Below, piece after piece: positions 1 through 10,689 of a stretch of 64,000 bases of DNA. The notes under the pieces were generated by a model. It had not been told where the DNA came from, made no database searches, and saw only the letters and a program-made list of their open reading frames with translations. This DNA comes from Zygnema circumcarinatum SAG 698-1b (Eukaryota; Plantae; Zygnematophyceae). Numbering within the stretch: position 1 is the first letter of the stretch; every line of letters begins with the position of its first letter. Location of the stretch: the NCBI GenBank assembly GCA_037447605.1, contig CM074810.1, positions 3,894,313-3,958,312 of the forward strand, read 5' to 3'. The position numbers and the translations under genes were made by a program.

Positions 1-589
1 CAGTTTTTTCATAGAAACGCACTTGAGTTTGTCCGTACAAAGCGGTCGCACCCTTCGTCCCGTGAGTTTCCGCAGGAGCGTTCCAAAATGTCGTACGGTA
101 ATTTTGATGTGTTTTTGGCCGACTTTGAAACGTTAAAGAAGGCGGCGGAGGTCGACCTAGAGCACGGCGGATCGCAGTCAGGAGACTCAGGACACGACCG
201 GCCGCGGGCCGCGGGAGAGCAGCGACAAATTCTTGCGGTGGCCCCGCAGCCAATCGCGGGACGTCTACAGATCGCAGTGACGCGGAAGTGGACCCATTCG
301 TACGCCGAATCCGCCTGGCCTCGGGCGGGCAGGAAGGTCTATCGGCCGTCAGCGCGATCTCCGGCCGCCCGCCGCCACTCTGCTCAAGATTTGACAATTT
401 GTCGTTTTAAGGGCAGATCTACCCAGAATACGATACCTCGTGACGCACTTGATGTTATATGACGTCACGTAGGCTAGCTCCTGCCAGGAACCGTACGGTC
501 CAGCCTGCCCGCCGGCCCCTGCATGAAAGGGAGTGAGGGAGGGCGGGAGGGAGCGAGGGAGGGGAGGGAGGGAGGGAGGGCGGGAGGGG

Positions 590-599
590 NNNNNNNNNN
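590..599. other. Assembly gap (10 N) inside a GA-rich tract
   Basis: Run of n at 590-599. Confidence 0.99.
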
Positions 600-681
600 G
601 AGGGAGGGAGGGAGGGAGGGAGGGGAGGGGAGGTGAGGGGAGGTAGGGGAGGGAGGTGTGAAAGATGATGATGCTGCGGGT

Positions 682-758
682 TGTACGGACTGTTGTACGG
701 ACGAATGTACGGAAATGTGTACGGACGAGTGTACGGACACTGTACGGGATGTGTACGG
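682..758. repeat. Seven phased TGTACGG units (reverse complement CCGTACA, an SBP-box-type core)
   Basis: TGTACGG starts at 682, 694, 706, 718, 730, 741, 752 (spacing 12,12,12,12,11,11). Confidence 0.9.
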
Positions 759-829
759 GCGAAAGAGAGACTGCGCGTGTGAGAGAGTTCAGGAAGGTCT
801 GTGCAGGAAGAGAAGTGTCAGGCGGAGGA

Positions 830-861
830 GAAGCGTCAGGCGAAGCGTCAGGCGAAGCGTC
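830..861. repeat. Short tandem repeat GAAGCGTCAGGC, about 2.7 copies
   Basis: gaagcgtcaggc gaagcgtcaggc gaagcgtc read directly. Confidence 0.8.
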
Positions 862-1095
862 GCAAATGTATGGTGCTCAGGAAGGAGGATTCAGAAAGGA
901 GAATTCTGGAAGCTTAGACATTGGGTAGAAAAAGAAGCGCTGCGCAGATTTAGAACACAGGAAGAGAGAAGAGAGGATGAAGTGATTTGTAATGAGGCTT
1001 CAGATGAAATAAAGAAGTGTTTATGAGTTATGTGTTGATCTTGTGTGATCATGTGTTTTGTGCATCAAGCTTGAATGTGTTCTCTTCTTTCACAG

Positions 1096-1635
1096 GAGGG
1101 AGGGGAGGGGAGGGGAGGGAGGGAGGTATGGGAGGAGAGGTGAGGGGAGGGATGGGAGGAAGGGAGGGAGGGAGGGAGGGAGGGAGGGGAGGGATGGAGG
1201 GGAGGAAGGGAGGGAGGGAGGGGTGGAAGGGGTGGGGAGGGGAGTGGAGGGAGGGGAGGGGAGGGAGGGAGGGAGAGAGAGGGAGGGAGGGGAGGGGAGG
1301 GAGGGAGGGAGGGAGGGGAGGGGAGGGACGGGGAGGGGGGAGGGGAGGGACAGGAGGGAGGGGAGAGCGGGGAGGGAATTAGGGAGGGAGGGGAGGGAGG
1401 GGAGGGAGGGGAGGGAGGAGGGAGGGGAGGGAGGGGAGGGAGGGAGGGAGGGAGGGAGGGGAGGGAGGGGAGGGGAGTGGAGGGAGGGAGGGGAGGGGAG
1501 GTGAGTGGAGGGAGGGAGGGAGGGAGGGAGGGGAGGTGAGTGGAGGGAGGAGGGAGGGAGGGAGGGGAGGGAGGGGAGGGAGGGAGGGGAGGGGAGGGAG
1601 GGGAGGGGAGGGAGAGAGGGGTGGGAGGGAGGGAG
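1096..1635. repeat. Polypurine (GGAG/GGGA-rich) low-complexity tract
   Basis: About 540 nt almost only G/A; stop codons in all three plus-strand frames (1141, 1380, 1502). Confidence 0.95.
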
Positions 1636-2226
1636 GTTTGTCCAAGTCACACCATTCATTACATTTTAGAAAAAGAAAGAACTGTTTTTTGCTTTGCAGT
1701 CGCCATTTCCATCTCTTTCTGCAGGCGGGGGGGCGGGCCGACCGCCTGGGCTCTGACAACGTGACGGCAGTCTGCGCTGCGCATTGCTATAAATCCAATG
1801 TGGACGGTACAGTACAGTGCAGTGTCAGCGCTTCGCTGCTGCAGGCTTCCCTGGACCTACCTATCTAACCTACCTACCGACTTCCATTACTCCTACTTCC
1901 CTCATTGACAAGAAATCTTCCGAACTTTAAGGCAAATCAGAGCTCCTTGAGAGCGCCACGGCCGGCCTCGGTGCGCACTTGGTGCTTCTACCGGGCGGGG
2001 CGGGCTGCGGGCACCACTCCCTCACGCGCACATCATTAATGTTGTGTTGTGGCGCGACGCGAAGCAACGACTGCTGCTGCTGCAAGCAGCGTCACGTCAC
2101 GTTCTCACGGGGCTTCGCAGTGGACTTATTTATCGTATGTGCTGATTCATCCCACGTCAAAGCTATAGAAGAAATCCAGATTCGCTGCGTGGTGCGTGTT
2201 CTTGAGCGTCTGCAGCGATCTGATAT

Positions 2227-4982
2227 TCACGACTTCCGAAACAATATTTCAAGGCGATGCTCATGGCCGTTGTAAACTTCGAGCACTTGCACTCCCTTCA
2301 CCTCTGCATGGACGGAAGGCTCAGAACGATCAGCTTGAACCCAAACTGCAATCTAGCAAGAAGTCATGACGTGTTATGCCAATGTTGTGTTTTTAGGGAG
2401 GGACGGAGGAATGGTGGGAGGGAGGGAGGGTGGGGGGGAGAGAGGGCGGAAGGGAGATGAGAGGAAGGAAGGCAGGCAGTGAGTGAGGAGACGGGCGACG
2501 AGGAGATGATTCTATTTAGGGGTTGCGGGTACGAGAGAGAGAGACGAGAATGAGGGAAGGGGGATATGTAGAGGGTAGAAAGGTGCGCCGTGATTGTCTG
2601 CGAGTGTCTGCGCCCTTGCAAGCGAGAGAGCGTGAGAGCGAGAGGTCACCTAAAGGCAGCATGCGCGCCCCTGCAGTAGTGAGCAGCGGCAGGCCCTCCC
2701 CCACTTCCTCCCACACCTTCATCCGCTCGGCCACCGCCATTAAGAGCTCTCCTACCGTCTTCGATCTCCTCCCTCGGCGACGTCCTTTCGTACTTCGCGG
2801 GCACTCCGCCGAGGAGGAAGGGAGCGCCGACCGGAAGGTGCTCGCTATGGGAATGGTCTTCGCGCTTAAAAGAGGCACCACCACAGGGAGCCGCGCCATG
2901 GTTTTGCTGCGTCTCGTCACGGGGGGGAAGATGGGTTCACAAGATCCTTCAAACGCGCGATGTGCAATTACGTCCCTTTCATCGTTACTCGTACTCTCAG
3001 CAGAAAGCAAGCTCTGGGCTTTCGCATATGACGTTTCCAGATACGAGTCCGCGTTTGCACTCGATGTCGGAGGTTCGTCACAGGTCACGTCGATAGTCAA
3101 ATGAGTTCTTAATTTCCGAATGCCCCCCCCTGCTGCTTCTTGTGCTGGCGGCAGGTCCGGAGAGTGGGTGAGCTCTGGGCCATCCTCCTCAAGTTGCTGC
3201 TGCAACCATGGATGTTCTGCGGAAGCAAAGACGAACAGACACCACAGGTTCTACGTGAAGCTCATGTTGCGTGATGGACCTGATTAGCTCTGCGAGTAAA
3301 GTGCGAGCTCGTGGAGGCGACAAGCAAACCCTAAAAAACCCTAAACCCCCCCCCCGCTCACCCTGCGCCTCCTCGGCGGTGATGCGCATGGCGGGGTCGA
3401 AGCAGAGCATGCGGCGCACGAGGTCCTTGGCCTCGTCGGACACGTGGCGCCACGGGCCGGTGGCGAGGTCGAAGACGCCCGCGCGCACCTTCTTGAGCGT
3501 CCCCTCCTCCGTTTTGGCGGCGAAGGGCGGCGTCCCCGACAGCAGCACGTACAGGATCACGCCGAGGCTCCACATGTCGGCCTCGGGGCCGTACGATTTG
3601 TTCAGCACCTCGGGGGCAATGTAGTACCTGCAGGCGCGCTGTTGCGATATGGTGAGCATTCTCCCCCCCGTTCTATGTCGTTTTGACGTTTCCCAGTGTC
3701 CTTCTCTACTTTGTTGGCGGGCAGCCACTCAAACTTTCGAAAGCTGTTTTTCGTTTTCATCCAGAACCCGGCGATGAAGGGGTTCAGTAACGCCCCGCTT
3801 TGATTATGCGCCTACATGTCTCCCTGGACCCACGCAAGAGGGCGCAGAGTGTTGCGGATCGGCTCACAGCGTGCCGACGGTCTGCGTGAGTTTGACGCCG
3901 GGCGTGAAGAAGGCCGCCTGCCCGAAGTCGACGACCTTCACACGTGTGGCCGAGTCCGCCGATTCGAGGAGGATGTTCTCGGGCTTGAGGTCGCGGTGCG
4001 CGATGCCCGCCGCGTGGCAGTACACGACAACGGAGAGCACTGTGCGCACCACCGCCGCCGCCTCGCGCTCGCCGTACGGCCCGCTCTGCCGGATGCTGTC
4101 GAAGAGGTCGCCGCCCTCGCACAGCTCCATGATGATGTGCACGCTCTGAAGGAGAGGGGAGGGACGGGGTGAGAACTAGAGGGATAGGGAGGGAGGGAGG
4201 GAAGGAGAGGGGAAGGTAAAGAAAATACGAGGGGGTAGGAAAATGGTACGGTGAGTGAAGGAGACGGGGAATGATAGGAGTATAAGAGATGGGAGCATAC
4301 ACATTGTGAGGAGGTGGGCAGAGAGGGGCAGTAGAGAGAGCGAGACCTTCTCGTCCTCCACGACGTCGCGGAGAGCAGCCACACCCTTGTGTGCGCTGGC
4401 CTTGCGCAGCGCCCGCACCTCCGTCCTGACGGCGGCCGTCTCGGTGTGCGACGCCATGCGGCTCTTCGGCAGCGTCTTGCATGCCAGCAACTCCCCGCCT
4501 GCCAGCGCCCGGCAGGCACGCGTGACGGCCGTGAGGCCCTGCCCGAGCTCCTCGCCCATCTCGTACTTCTCCTCCACGTCGCTGTAGGGGATCCCCAGCA
4601 CGTACGTCGCCGACTTCTGCGACCCCGCCCGGCGCAGGGGGTGGGCCGACGCGGGGGACGGGCAGGGCGCGCCGCCTCGCGGCAGAGGGAGGGGCGACGG
4701 CGCGCCCGACGGCGAGAACGGGCGGGGCGAGGGGAGCCGGGGGAGCGCGCCGCCGCGTTCGCCGCGGGGCGACTGGGCGTGCGCCGGCGCCTGCGCGTCT
4801 ATGGCGATCAAATGCGACACCATGTCCGGAATCACGCGGGGGGCCGAGGGGGCGGGGCGGGGCGAAGGGAGCCGGTCGAATGCGCCGCCGCGCTCGCCGC
4901 GGGAGGAGAGGGCGTGCGTCTGCGCATGCGACTCTATAGCGATGAGGTGCGACACCATGTCCGGAACCGCGCGCGGGCCCAT
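2227..4982 (-). CDS. Ser/Thr kinase of the CDPK/SnRK superfamily without EF-hands (PEPC-kinase-related kinase, PEPRK-like)
   Basis: Exons 4982-4347, 4145-3868, 3627-3362, 3216-2650, 2345-2227; all GT-AG and phase-consistent. Motifs EELGQG, LACK, MELCEGG, HRDLKPEN, DFG, GTLYYIAPE, DMWSLG, EHPW. No EF-hand in the tail. The last exon (WVQADR...LFRKS*) is inferred from a phase-1 donor at 2649 and an acceptor at 2346 and is less certain than the kinase core. Confidence 0.88.
3326..3345. repeat. Interstitial telomere-like/telo-box motifs (AAACCCTA x2) in kinase intron 3
   Basis: aaaccctaaaaaaccctaaa. Confidence 0.7.
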
Positions 4983-6535
4983 GGGGGCCGGGAGGGGAGG
5001 GGAGGGGAGGGAAGAGGGAGGGGGGGAAGTGGGAGGGGAGGGGAGGGGAGGGGGAGGGGAGGGAAGTGGGAGGGGAGGGGAAGGGAGGGGAGGGGAGAGG
5101 AGGGGAATAAGAGGAAGAGGGAGTGGGAGAGGGAGCGGAACGGAGGGGGGAGGGAGGGAGCCCGCGGCTGGCTCGCTTGCTGTGCGAGGGGCGGCCGGCG
5201 GGCGGAGGGAGGGAGGGAGGGACTGCGCCCGCGCGCCCGCACGCGCGGGCGACCGAGAACGTCTCCCCCGGGCGCCGGGCGGCTGTACGGACGCGGCCCC
5301 GGCCGTTACGGCGCCCGCGCGAGTTCGCAAATGGTCACGGTGCTCGTACGGAGGTTTGTACGAATGTCCTTACACGCCGTCGCCGACAGGGACTGGGAGC
5401 GCCTGGCGGCGGGCGGCGAAAGGGACAGGGTGGCCGTACGGCGCGGCCCCGCCGACTGGCGGCGTCAGCGTGAGGTCGCAAAACGTCAAAACTGGAACCG
5501 AGTGAGCTTGTCGGGCGCGCTGCGACCCCCCTAAAGCGACAAAAATTGAAGATGGCGGCCGGCTTGACGTCAAGGGATTCGGAGGGTGGATTTTGTCAGA
5601 TTCGGAGGACACGCCCGGCGGACCCGCAAACGACAAAACTGAGACCTGCCATGAGGGCGGGCGGCTGAGATGGCCGCGACGTTCACAAAACGACAAAATG
5701 ATTTGTGACAAGCCCCTTTACAGCGCGGGCGGCCCAGCGTTAGGCGGAACCGCCGCGCCCCATGCGGGCGGCAATTTTGGCGGTTAGCGGTGTCGGGTAA
5801 GCGAGGGGGCGATAGGGTAGGGAGTAGGGACTAGGGCTGGCCAACTGTACAAATTTTATTCCTTTTGACTTAAATCAGGGAATAGATGTGACCCTTATAA
5901 TCCGGTTTAATTCTTGGAATTTTCGGAACCACAAACTTTAGTGTACGGTCCCTTCCGGACGGTTCAATTTCCGCGGTGGGTCGCCAACCATTGGCGCAGT
6001 CCAACCAGCCGCGGCACCGCCCTTCAAGTGACGTGACGTGACGTGACGAAACTCTGAAACTTTCGGATATTCGAAGGTTCGAATACTGAAATCTAAAACA
6101 CTGAATACAAGGGAACCTTTCAGAGTTTCGCATCCCTAGTCCGGACACGGGAACCACGAGGAGCGCCTCCGCCAGTCCGTCCGCGGCCCCGACCGGATCG
6201 CACGCGTTTGGCCCAACAAGTAAATGGTTCGCCGCTGCGCGAGGTAGTGATGCGCGGCCGCCAACGGTTGGAAGGCATGTTGGTGGGGGTGGTGGTGGTG
6301 ATGGTAGTGGTGGTGGTGGTCGGTCTTACAGGCAAATGAAGCATTATTACAATGTCAGTGTAAGGAGCAAGCCACTGTGAAGTGAGGAGCTCTAAGGTGA
6401 ACAATGCCATATTGAATAAAAACAATGAAATGCCGTTGAATGTACAGGAAAAGCCGTGCAAGGCGTCAAAACGCCGGGTGCCGAGTCAGTACATGTTCAA
6501 ACGAACAAGGACTGCTTCGGAATTCGATTCATAGA

Positions 6536-9500
6536 TCACAAGAAAGTTGCCGAATAATTTTCCCTCTCGCCTCTCCCTCCCGGTGTCCTCGTACCCTCTC
6601 CTATCGTCCCGCCTCCTCCTTCCTTCCTATGCCGCCCCTCTCTTCGCCGCCTCTGACGATTACTCTTCTCATTTGAGCCGCTTTCTCTATCGGACCTGCG
6701 AACTCGACCAGACCTCCCGCTCCTCTGCTTGCCTGCAGCTCCATATTGCCCCCCCGAGCCCTCCCCTGCCCCCCCCCCCCCATTCCGCTCTGCCCCCCCC
6801 TCTCCATCGCCGACAAAAGCAGGGTTTTCTCCCGCAGGAAACCCTTCGGCATCATCACGTCGTCGCTCAACCACTGCCTCCTCTTCCTCCCCCTCCTCCA
6901 CCTCCCTCCGCTTTGCCAGCTTCCCGCCGCTACGCCCTGCACTCCCCCAAGAAGAGGTAGCCTCCTTCAGTCTGCTCCCCAACGACCCCTCTCGCGCCTT
7001 GTCCCCGCCGCCATCCCTCCCACCGCGCCCTCTTGCTGCAGGGAGGTAGAAAGGGTCGTGCTTCGCCCTGTGTTCGGCAAGCAGCGCAGAGGCAGAAAGA
7101 GCAGCGGAAGCACTGTTCTCCTCCTCCTCCTCCTCCTCCTCCTCCTTCTTCTTCTTCTTCTTCTTCTTCAGCAGCTCTCCACCGTCTCCCACCTCCCCCT
7201 CTGTGCTGCTCCATGGCTCGTTGGCAGCCCCACTCCCCCCCTCTCGTCTTGGGCGGCCAATTCTCTGCAGCTCTTCCAAAGCGCCCTCTAGATGAAGGCC
7301 CTCCGGGACGGGCACCCGCTGCTGGGCTCCTGCTTGAAGCGGTCTCAGCTCTTTTGAGAAGACTTGCCGCAGAGCCAATGCAATGGATGGCACTTTCTCT
7401 CTCTCGGCCACTACCTCCATCAGAGCGAGCACGTTGCAGACTCGTTCCTGAGCCTCCATATGCCCACTTTCTGCTAACCCTTGGACATGATTACCGACAA
7501 GCTTGGCCATGGCTTCTAGACTCCCTCTGTCTGCATGGGTCACTGCCGGCCCATTATCCTGCAGAACTTTTTGGGGATGTCGATACTCACAACCGGAGCT
7601 GCCGCTTGTGCCCACTTCTTGCTGATCTACAACATCACCATGTCTCCCAACCTCTTCCGAGAAAACTGAACCCTTTGCGGAACCTTCGTCCCTACTTCCC
7701 CTGCTTCCACTTTCACTACTGACCACTACCTTCGAAGTAGCCACGGCCGTAATGAACACCTTCAAAACTGCTTGCACATACATGGCCTGCACAGACGGCC
7801 CAAGGAGCTTCACCTTCGGCTGCAGCAGCGCTTCGAGGGCCGCCATGGAGTCTTCTACGTGTGCCGCATATTCCCCTACCACCCACGCAGCTGCTCCGAG
7901 GGGGAGGTCCATGGCGGAATGCCCCCCCCTCCCCACCAGCAGGGGACCCTCCTGCAGCAGCCGCAGAGCCGTACGGACAGCGGCCGCTCTCACTGTTGCC
8001 ACTCTCACGGGGAGGTCAACGAGCTGCCTCGCGACCTCCCGGCCATGGCTGCTTCCCGGCACGCACGCCAAGTGGACGAGCACATCGAGATACCATCCGA
8101 AGTCGCTCACTCGCTCGTAGCGGCCATGGCTGCACATGGAGAGGACAGCCTTCACGAGCTCATCTGTGAAAGGGCTGCTTCCGGCCTGCATGTGCTGCTG
8201 GAGGACAGTGACAGTAGGGACGAGGTTTTCCGGAGAAATCATCTCCAATACCAAATGCAAAGCGCAGCGCTGAATGCCCTGATCTTTGTCATCTAGACAA
8301 GAGAGGATGGAGCCCTTGTGTTCAGATATTGCAGCAGGATGCGTTTCCACAAGAGTCAACATGGTCCTGAGGCTTAAGTAACGCAGGTTTGGGTCCATGT
8401 CATCCACGAGCTCCCCCAGTTTGAGAATGCAGTAAGCCATGCCTGCCTCATGCTGGGACATACTCTCTGTGACGCAGCGAATACACTCAAAGAGAAGGGA
8501 CTTTGCGGGAGTGTTCCGCATAATGTCGCAGAGGGGATCGCCCAATTTCTGCGCAAGGCGGGGCTCAAGAGGAGCCAAAGCTCGGAAAATCTTCACAAGC
8601 TTAATAAGCAGCCAGTTGTTGGAAGAGGTTGTTAGCAGGCGATAAAACTCAGGTGCGAGGTGGAGATAAGATTTCGGATCTCGCAGTGTGAGTTCGCAAA
8701 GCACAGTCACTGCAATCCGCACCACCCCATCGTCCTCATCCTCGAGCCGTTCAGTGAGTCGGCGGAAGACCATTCGCAGCCCATCTGGGTGTTGGCGGAC
8801 CATTCTTAAGAGAGCTAAAGCAGCTTTCCGCCGCATGTATGGGCGGCCGCTGTTCAGAGTGGTGAATACTTCAGGTGTTAACTCGCGTGCCAAATCGGGA
8901 GTGGCAATGCAAGCAAGGCAGTTTAAGGCTAATCCGGCTTCGTACATGACAGGGCTGCCCAAATCTTTCCGCAACAAATTGGGAAGGAGAAGGAGTACTT
9001 CAGTTTCGTTGTTGAAGCTCTGACATGCAGCCAGATAGCCAATTTGCTTATTGCTGAAGATGGGTGTGCTCATCGCTTCCACAGTGGCAAAAGCGGCCCA
9101 AGTCATGTCTGCTCCTTGCAGCATGTGCAGATATGTCAGCTTCTGAAGAGCGACTATCTTGCAATGCAGGTCCATTGACTTCATCTCCCTTCTCACATCA
9201 GCAAGCGCCTGCGCCAAGTACTGTTGTTCACCAATGACCTGCAAAAGCCGGCTATTAGTGAAGAGTTGACAAAGCTTGTGGCCAATGCGAGGGTGCATTG
9301 AAGGGGGTGTGAAAGGCAAGCATGAAAGGGAAGGCGAAGTCGAAGGATTGAAGTCGATTGTGATAAACATTCGATCGCGCCTACGATAAGGTTGCGGTGA
9401 CAATCGAGTTGAAGGTTGTCATGCTGTGATGGAAGTTAAGGTGAAGGTAGGGAGAAGGTTCAAGGTTTCAAGAAAATCTCCGAAAGTTGTGATGAAGATG

Positions 9501-9925
9501 CGGTAAAGGTTAAGAGGAAGTCTTCCTTGAAGGTGAAGTGCTTCTTTAGAGGAAGGCAGTGGATGTTGCAAATAGTGGATAGTGGACGGAGCCAATGGTG
9601 ACAGATTGCAGTTGCTGAATGCATTCTACACGAGCCATTGCTCATTGAGGGTCTTCAAGAGGACCAGAGCTTTTGTAAGGTCTAATTTATTTGATTATTG
9701 AAACCCCATGAATAAATGCATGAATCACTTGCCTTCTGTTAAGAAAGAAACAGCGCTTCGACTAGTTTACAGTTGATTCAATCTAAATTAAGGTGATGCA
9801 CAGAAAAGAAGGATCTGTACCTGTCTCCGCAGGCCCTTCACGAGGTCCGCCAGACTTTTCTGAAAGAGCATCTCCATGGCCATGGCTGCCTTGCTCGGGC
9901 CAGCGGCGCTCCTCCTCATGGCCAT
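6536..9925 (-). CDS. AP3D: AP-3 complex subunit delta (adaptin N-terminal domain plus charged tail)
   Basis: Exons 9925-9821 (M..MLFQKSLADLVKGLRRQ) and 9238-6536 (VIGEQQYLAQALADVRREMKSMDL...KQIGYLAACQSFNN...LRKDL...YMRRKAAL...PLEPRLAQKL). Matches recalled AP-3 delta N-terminal motifs. Start codon could be one of several nearby ATGs. Confidence 0.93.
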
Positions 9926-10558
9926 GCCTATCCCTGCAACACATCCTCCACACGTACTCGCATGCTCAAACTCTTGAAATTCATGTTGATCCTGTACAGT
10001 GCGCAAGCGTGACTTTACTTGCAGCATCTGAAAGCTGCGCATATCTCCCCACTCGAAACCAAGCATAAACGAAACACTGGCAATGGGAACCAGTAAGTGC
10101 AAACGTCCAACCAACCCTAATCATGAATCCTCTCAAATTCCAAACCCAACAAAGCTTCTCTCTCCGCCCTGACGCGCGGTCACTTCCGCGGCTTCTTCAG
10201 ACAGTGCCTTTTCTTTGAGATTCCGACACAAGCCATTTTTCATGTTATCTGTACTCGCTGGAATTATTATTTTCCCCCTCTCCTACCCGATGGCAGAAAG
10301 GTCTCCCTCCGAGGGCGTCTCCTCCACCGCGTGCGCGAGGGCGCGGCCCTTCCTTCCCGCCGTCAGCCCTCCCTTCCCCTCCCCCTCCCTCTCTCTCTCC
10401 CTCTCCCTCTCCCCCTCTCCCTCCCCTTCCCCGCCATGGCCGCGAGCTTCCCCCGGGGAGGAGAAGTTGCGAGGAAGGTACGCCGTTCCGTGCTGTACGG
10501 ATAGATGCGACCGTTGAGACCCTGAACCTTGGCGCTGTCCGTACGGTGCATGCTGGTG

Positions 10559-10574
10559 TGTACGGTTCGTACAG
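10559..10574 (+). promoter_or_regulatory. TGTACGGTTCGTACAG double-GTAC motif upstream of the Der GTPase start
   Basis: Ends 116 nt before ATG 10690; near-identical motifs precede two other plus-strand genes. Confidence 0.55.
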
Positions 10575-10689
10575 AAAACTTCGTCCGGCCCCGTACCGTC
10601 CCGTACTTCACTCTGAGGGAGAGGGTGAGGGAGTGGGAGAGGGAGGGAGAGGGAGAGGGAGAGGGAGCGGGAGAGAGGGAGAGGCCGCC

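Noticed and set aside
682-758. CRISPR-like appearance of repeated cores with variable spacers
   Set aside because: 7-bp cores with 4-5-bp spacers, eukaryotic context and no cas genes.
474-1868. Overlapping G/E/R-rich and P/S/L-rich ORFs
   Set aside because: Low-complexity GA-tract translations with no domain signal.
2516-2649. Kinase C-terminus ending at the ORF-track stop 2516
   Set aside because: This part is CT-rich and intron-like, follows a phase-1 GT donor, and a phase-matching acceptor exists at 2346; the spliced model is preferred though unproven.
3326-3345. Telomeric repeats as a chromosome end or fusion scar
   Set aside because: Only two units; isolated AAACCCTA telo-boxes also occur elsewhere in the window (e.g. 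~31550, ~35350 reverse, ~41345) and are common in green plants.
6046-6092. (GTGAC)4 plus an imperfect TATTCGAA/TTCGAATA hairpin as tRNA or heat-shock element
   Set aside because: No cloverleaf or A/B box arrangement; only one properly spaced GAAnnTTC unit.
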